DNA of 52,123 bases from an uncultured Arcobacteraceae bacterium (GTDB taxonomy: Bacteria; Campylobacterota; Campylobacteria; Campylobacterales; Arcobacteraceae), in assembly GCA_964022095.1 (NCBI GenBank), contig CAXHZO010000016.1, positions 1-52,123 on the forward strand. Direction: 5' to 3'. The notes beneath the pieces were generated by a model. The model was given only the letters and a program-made list of their open reading frames with translations, ran no database searches and was not told where the DNA came from. Of this stretch, positions 49,614 to 52,123 are shown in pieces (the stretch's first letter is position 1; each line of letters starts with the position of its first letter). A program made the translations under genes and the position numbers.

Positions 49614-49988
49614 TTATTTAGCTTCAGGTACTGTTGGTACTGCTGGAACTTCTGTATTTGTAGAAGGAACCGCAGGTGCTGCTGGTGCTGTAGTTTGTTT
49701 TTCAATTGGAGTTGAAGGAATTAATGTCTCAGTTTTTACTGAGTCAATAGCACTTTCATTTCTTTCTTGATTATATAAATATCCTAATGTTACTGTGTTA
49801 ATTACAAAAACTAATCCTAATACCATAGTGGCTCTAGTCAAAAAGTTAGCAGGTCCCTTAGCACCAAATACAGAGTCGTTACTTCCGCTGTATGCACCAA
49901 GTCCAATACTTGAACTTTTTTGTAGCAGGATTATAATTGTTATAAGAATTGCTAAAACAAACTGAACAATTAAAAGTGTAGATGTCAT
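49614..49988 (-). CDS. secG: Preprotein translocase subunit SecG
   Basis: LLQKSSSIGLGAYSGSN.S.FG, as in Campylobacterota SecG. Confidence 0.95.
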   Translation of the reverse strand: MTSTLLIVQFVLAILITIIILLQKSSSIGLGAYSGSNDSVFGAKGPANFLTRATMVLGLVFVINTVTLGYLYNQERNESAIDSVKTETLIPSTPIEKQTTAPAAPAVPSTNTEVPAVPTVPEAK

Positions 49989-50060
49989 AATCTATTTCCT
50001 TTTTTAAAAATGGTGGCTATTTTATCTAAAACTTATTAAGAAAAAGTTAAAATATAATTT

Positions 50061-50753
50061 ATGTCAAAAAAAAATCAATTTTCTAAATACGCAAAAGAGT
50101 ATAGCTCTCATAATATCATTCAACAAATAGTAGCAAAATCATTAATAAGAGAATTAAAATCGCATCCAAAAAAGATACTAGAATTAGGTTGCGGATCTGG
50201 TCAAGTATTTAATCATATTGATTGGGATATAGACTTTTATAAAGCAATTGATGCATCAAAATCTATGTGTGAACTTCATCCAAAGGGTGAAAATATAGAA
50301 GTAAAGTGTTTTGATTTTGATACAAAAGAGTTTTTAGAAGATATTAAAAAAGATAAATTTGATATTGTTTTATCTTCTTCAGCCCTACAATGGTCAAAAG
50401 ACTTATCAAAAATACTTAAGACATTAAAAGAAATCTCTAATGAAATAAATGCAGTGTTATTTACTTCAAATACTTTTAAAACAATCCAAACTATTACAAA
50501 TACAAGTTCACCTATTTTAGATGAAAATACTATAACAGAATCATTTTCAAAATATTTTAATTGTGAGTTTGAAACAATTACATATAAATTAGAGTTTGAG
50601 AATAAAAAAGATTTATTTGATTATATTAAAAAATCAGGTGTTAGTGGTGAAAGTTCACTATCTTTTAGTAATGCTAAAAAATTATATAAAGAGTATAATC
50701 TAAATTACTTAGAGTTTGAAGTAATTTTTGTTAAAACAGTTTCTAAAATATAA
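50061..50753 (+). CDS. SAM-dependent methyltransferase (BioC-like)
   Basis: F...A..Y....IQ, LELGCGSG, SSSALQW. Confidence 0.8.
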   Translation: MSKKNQFSKYAKEYSSHNIIQQIVAKSLIRELKSHPKKILELGCGSGQVFNHIDWDIDFYKAIDASKSMCELHPKGENIEVKCFDFDTKEFLEDIKKDKFDIVLSSSALQWSKDLSKILKTLKEISNEINAVLFTSNTFKTIQTITNTSSPILDENTITESFSKYFNCEFETITYKLEFENKKDLFDYIKKSGVSGESSLSFSNAKKLYKEYNLNYLEFEVIFVKTVSKI

Positions 50754-51109
50754 AGCTCATATCTTATATATTTGAAGTTTTCACTATCTTCAATAGATGT
50801 TAGCTTTGTGAACTCTTCAAGAATTCTAGAACTCTCTTGAGCTCTTTTAAAATTAGCGATTAGTATAGAGTACAAGTCATCTCTATTTTGTTCACTTTTA
50901 ATTGAACTTCTTAATACATCATTTTTTACATCTCTTGTTTCTAAAAGTTCAGTATAATTTTTTGTTCTAGCTTTATGTCTTAATTCTTTAAGTTTTAGTG
51001 CAGTACTTTTGTCATTATAGATATATCTAAATATGTCTTCAACAACACGAATTCCTTCACGTAGTCTGTTTAAGTTAGCGTCAATTAGTCTTAAGTTATT
51101 TGAGTTCAT
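50705..51109 (-). CDS. Stand-alone ThiD2-like protein (homologous to the N-terminal domain of cyanobacterial ThiE)
   Basis: RLIDANLNRLREGIRVVED..R, K.LRH, ANFKRAQES.R.LEE, RYELY.LE. Confidence 0.85.
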   Translation of the reverse strand: MNSNNLRLIDANLNRLREGIRVVEDIFRYIYNDKSTALKLKELRHKARTKNYTELLETRDVKNDVLRSSIKSEQNRDDLYSILIANFKRAQESSRILEEFTKLTSIEDSENFKYIRYELYILETVLTKITSNSK

Positions 51110-51118
51110 ATTATGTAG

Positions 51119-51146
51119 TAAAAACTAACTCCAAATGGAGTTAGTT
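51119..51146 (-). terminator. Terminator after the yccA-like gene
   Basis: AACTAACTCC-AAAT-GGAGTTAGTT with a T tract on the minus strand. Confidence 0.7.
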
Positions 51147-51150
51147 AATA

Positions 51151-51852
51151 TTAGTCATCATTGCTATTCATGATCCCTAAAATCTGTAATAAAGATATAA
51201 ACAGATTAAAGAAGTCTAAGTAAAGTGATAATGCAGCTTCAATTGGTGAATCATAATTACCTTTGATAATATTCTGTGTATCATATAAAATGAATGCAGA
51301 GAATAATAAAGCACCACCACTTGCAATAATTAATTGCATCATAGAAGATTGAATAAAGATATTTGAAATACCTGCAACAATCATAATGATTAAAGCAATG
51401 AATAAAAATTTACCCATAGCTGAGAAATCTCTTTTAGTTGTCATAGCAAATAAAGAGATACCACCAAATGCAACTGAAGTCATTAAAAATGCTTGACCAA
51501 CAATTGCAGCTCCACTAGGCATTGCAAAAATAGCTGCTAATAATGGAGCAATTGTTAAACCTGTAATAAATGTAAATGCAAATAAAACTGCTAAGTTAAC
51601 GCCCGGAGTATGTTTTACTCTTGGGATAACAAAGAAAATTAATGCTAGTTCAACTGCAAATAAAACCCATTTTACTGGTCCCATTAATAAAGAAACAATC
51701 CCTAATCCAACATATGCACCAGCAGTAGCTGCTAGTAATGAACCTGCAAATAATTGATATGTAGCTTTTAAAAAAGCCATCAATTCTGATTTTGAAGATT
51801 CCTGTGTTGTATATTCAGAAGATTGATTCGAAAGATAATCTCTATTATACAT
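51151..51852 (-). CDS. Bax inhibitor-1/YccA family membrane protein
   Basis: 7 TM; ILYDTQNI, ALSLYLDFFNLF. Confidence 0.92.
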   Translation of the reverse strand: MYNRDYLSNQSSEYTTQESSKSELMAFLKATYQLFAGSLLAATAGAYVGLGIVSLLMGPVKWVLFAVELALIFFVIPRVKHTPGVNLAVLFAFTFITGLTIAPLLAAIFAMPSGAAIVGQAFLMTSVAFGGISLFAMTTKRDFSAMGKFLFIALIIMIVAGISNIFIQSSMMQLIIASGGALLFSAFILYDTQNIIKGNYDSPIEAALSLYLDFFNLFISLLQILGIMNSNDD

Positions 51853-52108
51853 TGTATATTTCCTTTTTTATTTTTAAGTACGTAATTTTAATTAGTTACT
51901 CTTAATAATATCTTTAATTAATATAAGAATACCAATTACAATATATTATTTTAATGTAAAATCGTAAACAAAAGGTTAATATAAGGGATAAAAATTATCC
52001 AATAAGATTAAAAATAAGAGAAATATTGAAAAAACCCAAGAGAAGTATAGTAAAAAGAGCAAGAATAAGTATATTTTACAATTTAAGTTATATTTAAGCC
52101 AAAACCCC

Positions 52109-52123
52109 TTGACAAAGCGAAAA
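52109..52123 (+). promoter_or_regulatory. Probable -35 element of a promoter firing out of the window
   Basis: Perfect TTGACA at 52109-52114 after a 250-nt AT-rich intergenic stretch; the -10 would lie beyond the window. Confidence 0.35.

Noticed and set aside
51853-52123. Possible rRNA/tRNA gene at the window end
   Set aside because: Only a TTGACA is visible; no structural RNA sequence lies inside the window
1-52123. CRISPR array, IS elements, integrases, attC sites, prophage genes
   Set aside because: No regularly spaced repeats, transposase or recombinase motifs, or phage structural genes were seen

Overview
AT-rich chromosomal window from a Campylobacterota bacterium, most likely Arcobacteraceae, judging by gene content and the secG-frr-pyrE-RDD synteny. 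In order it holds: a sulfate assimilation/Cys-Met operon (metY-rrf2-cysK-DUF2061-cysH-cysD-cysN'); a doubly frameshifted two-domain hemerythrin; assorted accessory genes (NIF3-like, CRY-DASH, marR-Bcr/CflA-nhaD, Rof, lemA-TPM-TPM-HAD); an AT-rich two-gene orphan module that looks like a membrane-effector anti-phage pair; and a ThDP 'acetolactate synthase-like' gene plus ALDH. Next comes a ~12 kb block bracketed by two ALDH paralogs. It encodes a three-protein two-component system and a dctP-gabT-dctP'-dctQM-usp-ALDH operon whose two dctP copies are nearly identical. The last part is housekeeping and stress genes (ung, ygbA/Crp-Fnr, msrAB, ComEA-like, ychJ, yaaA, zntB, mgtE, mscS, pyrE, frr, secG, yccA). 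I saw no rRNA, tRNA, CRISPR array, transposase or integrase. All calls come from reading the sequence and recognising motifs; no database searches were run.
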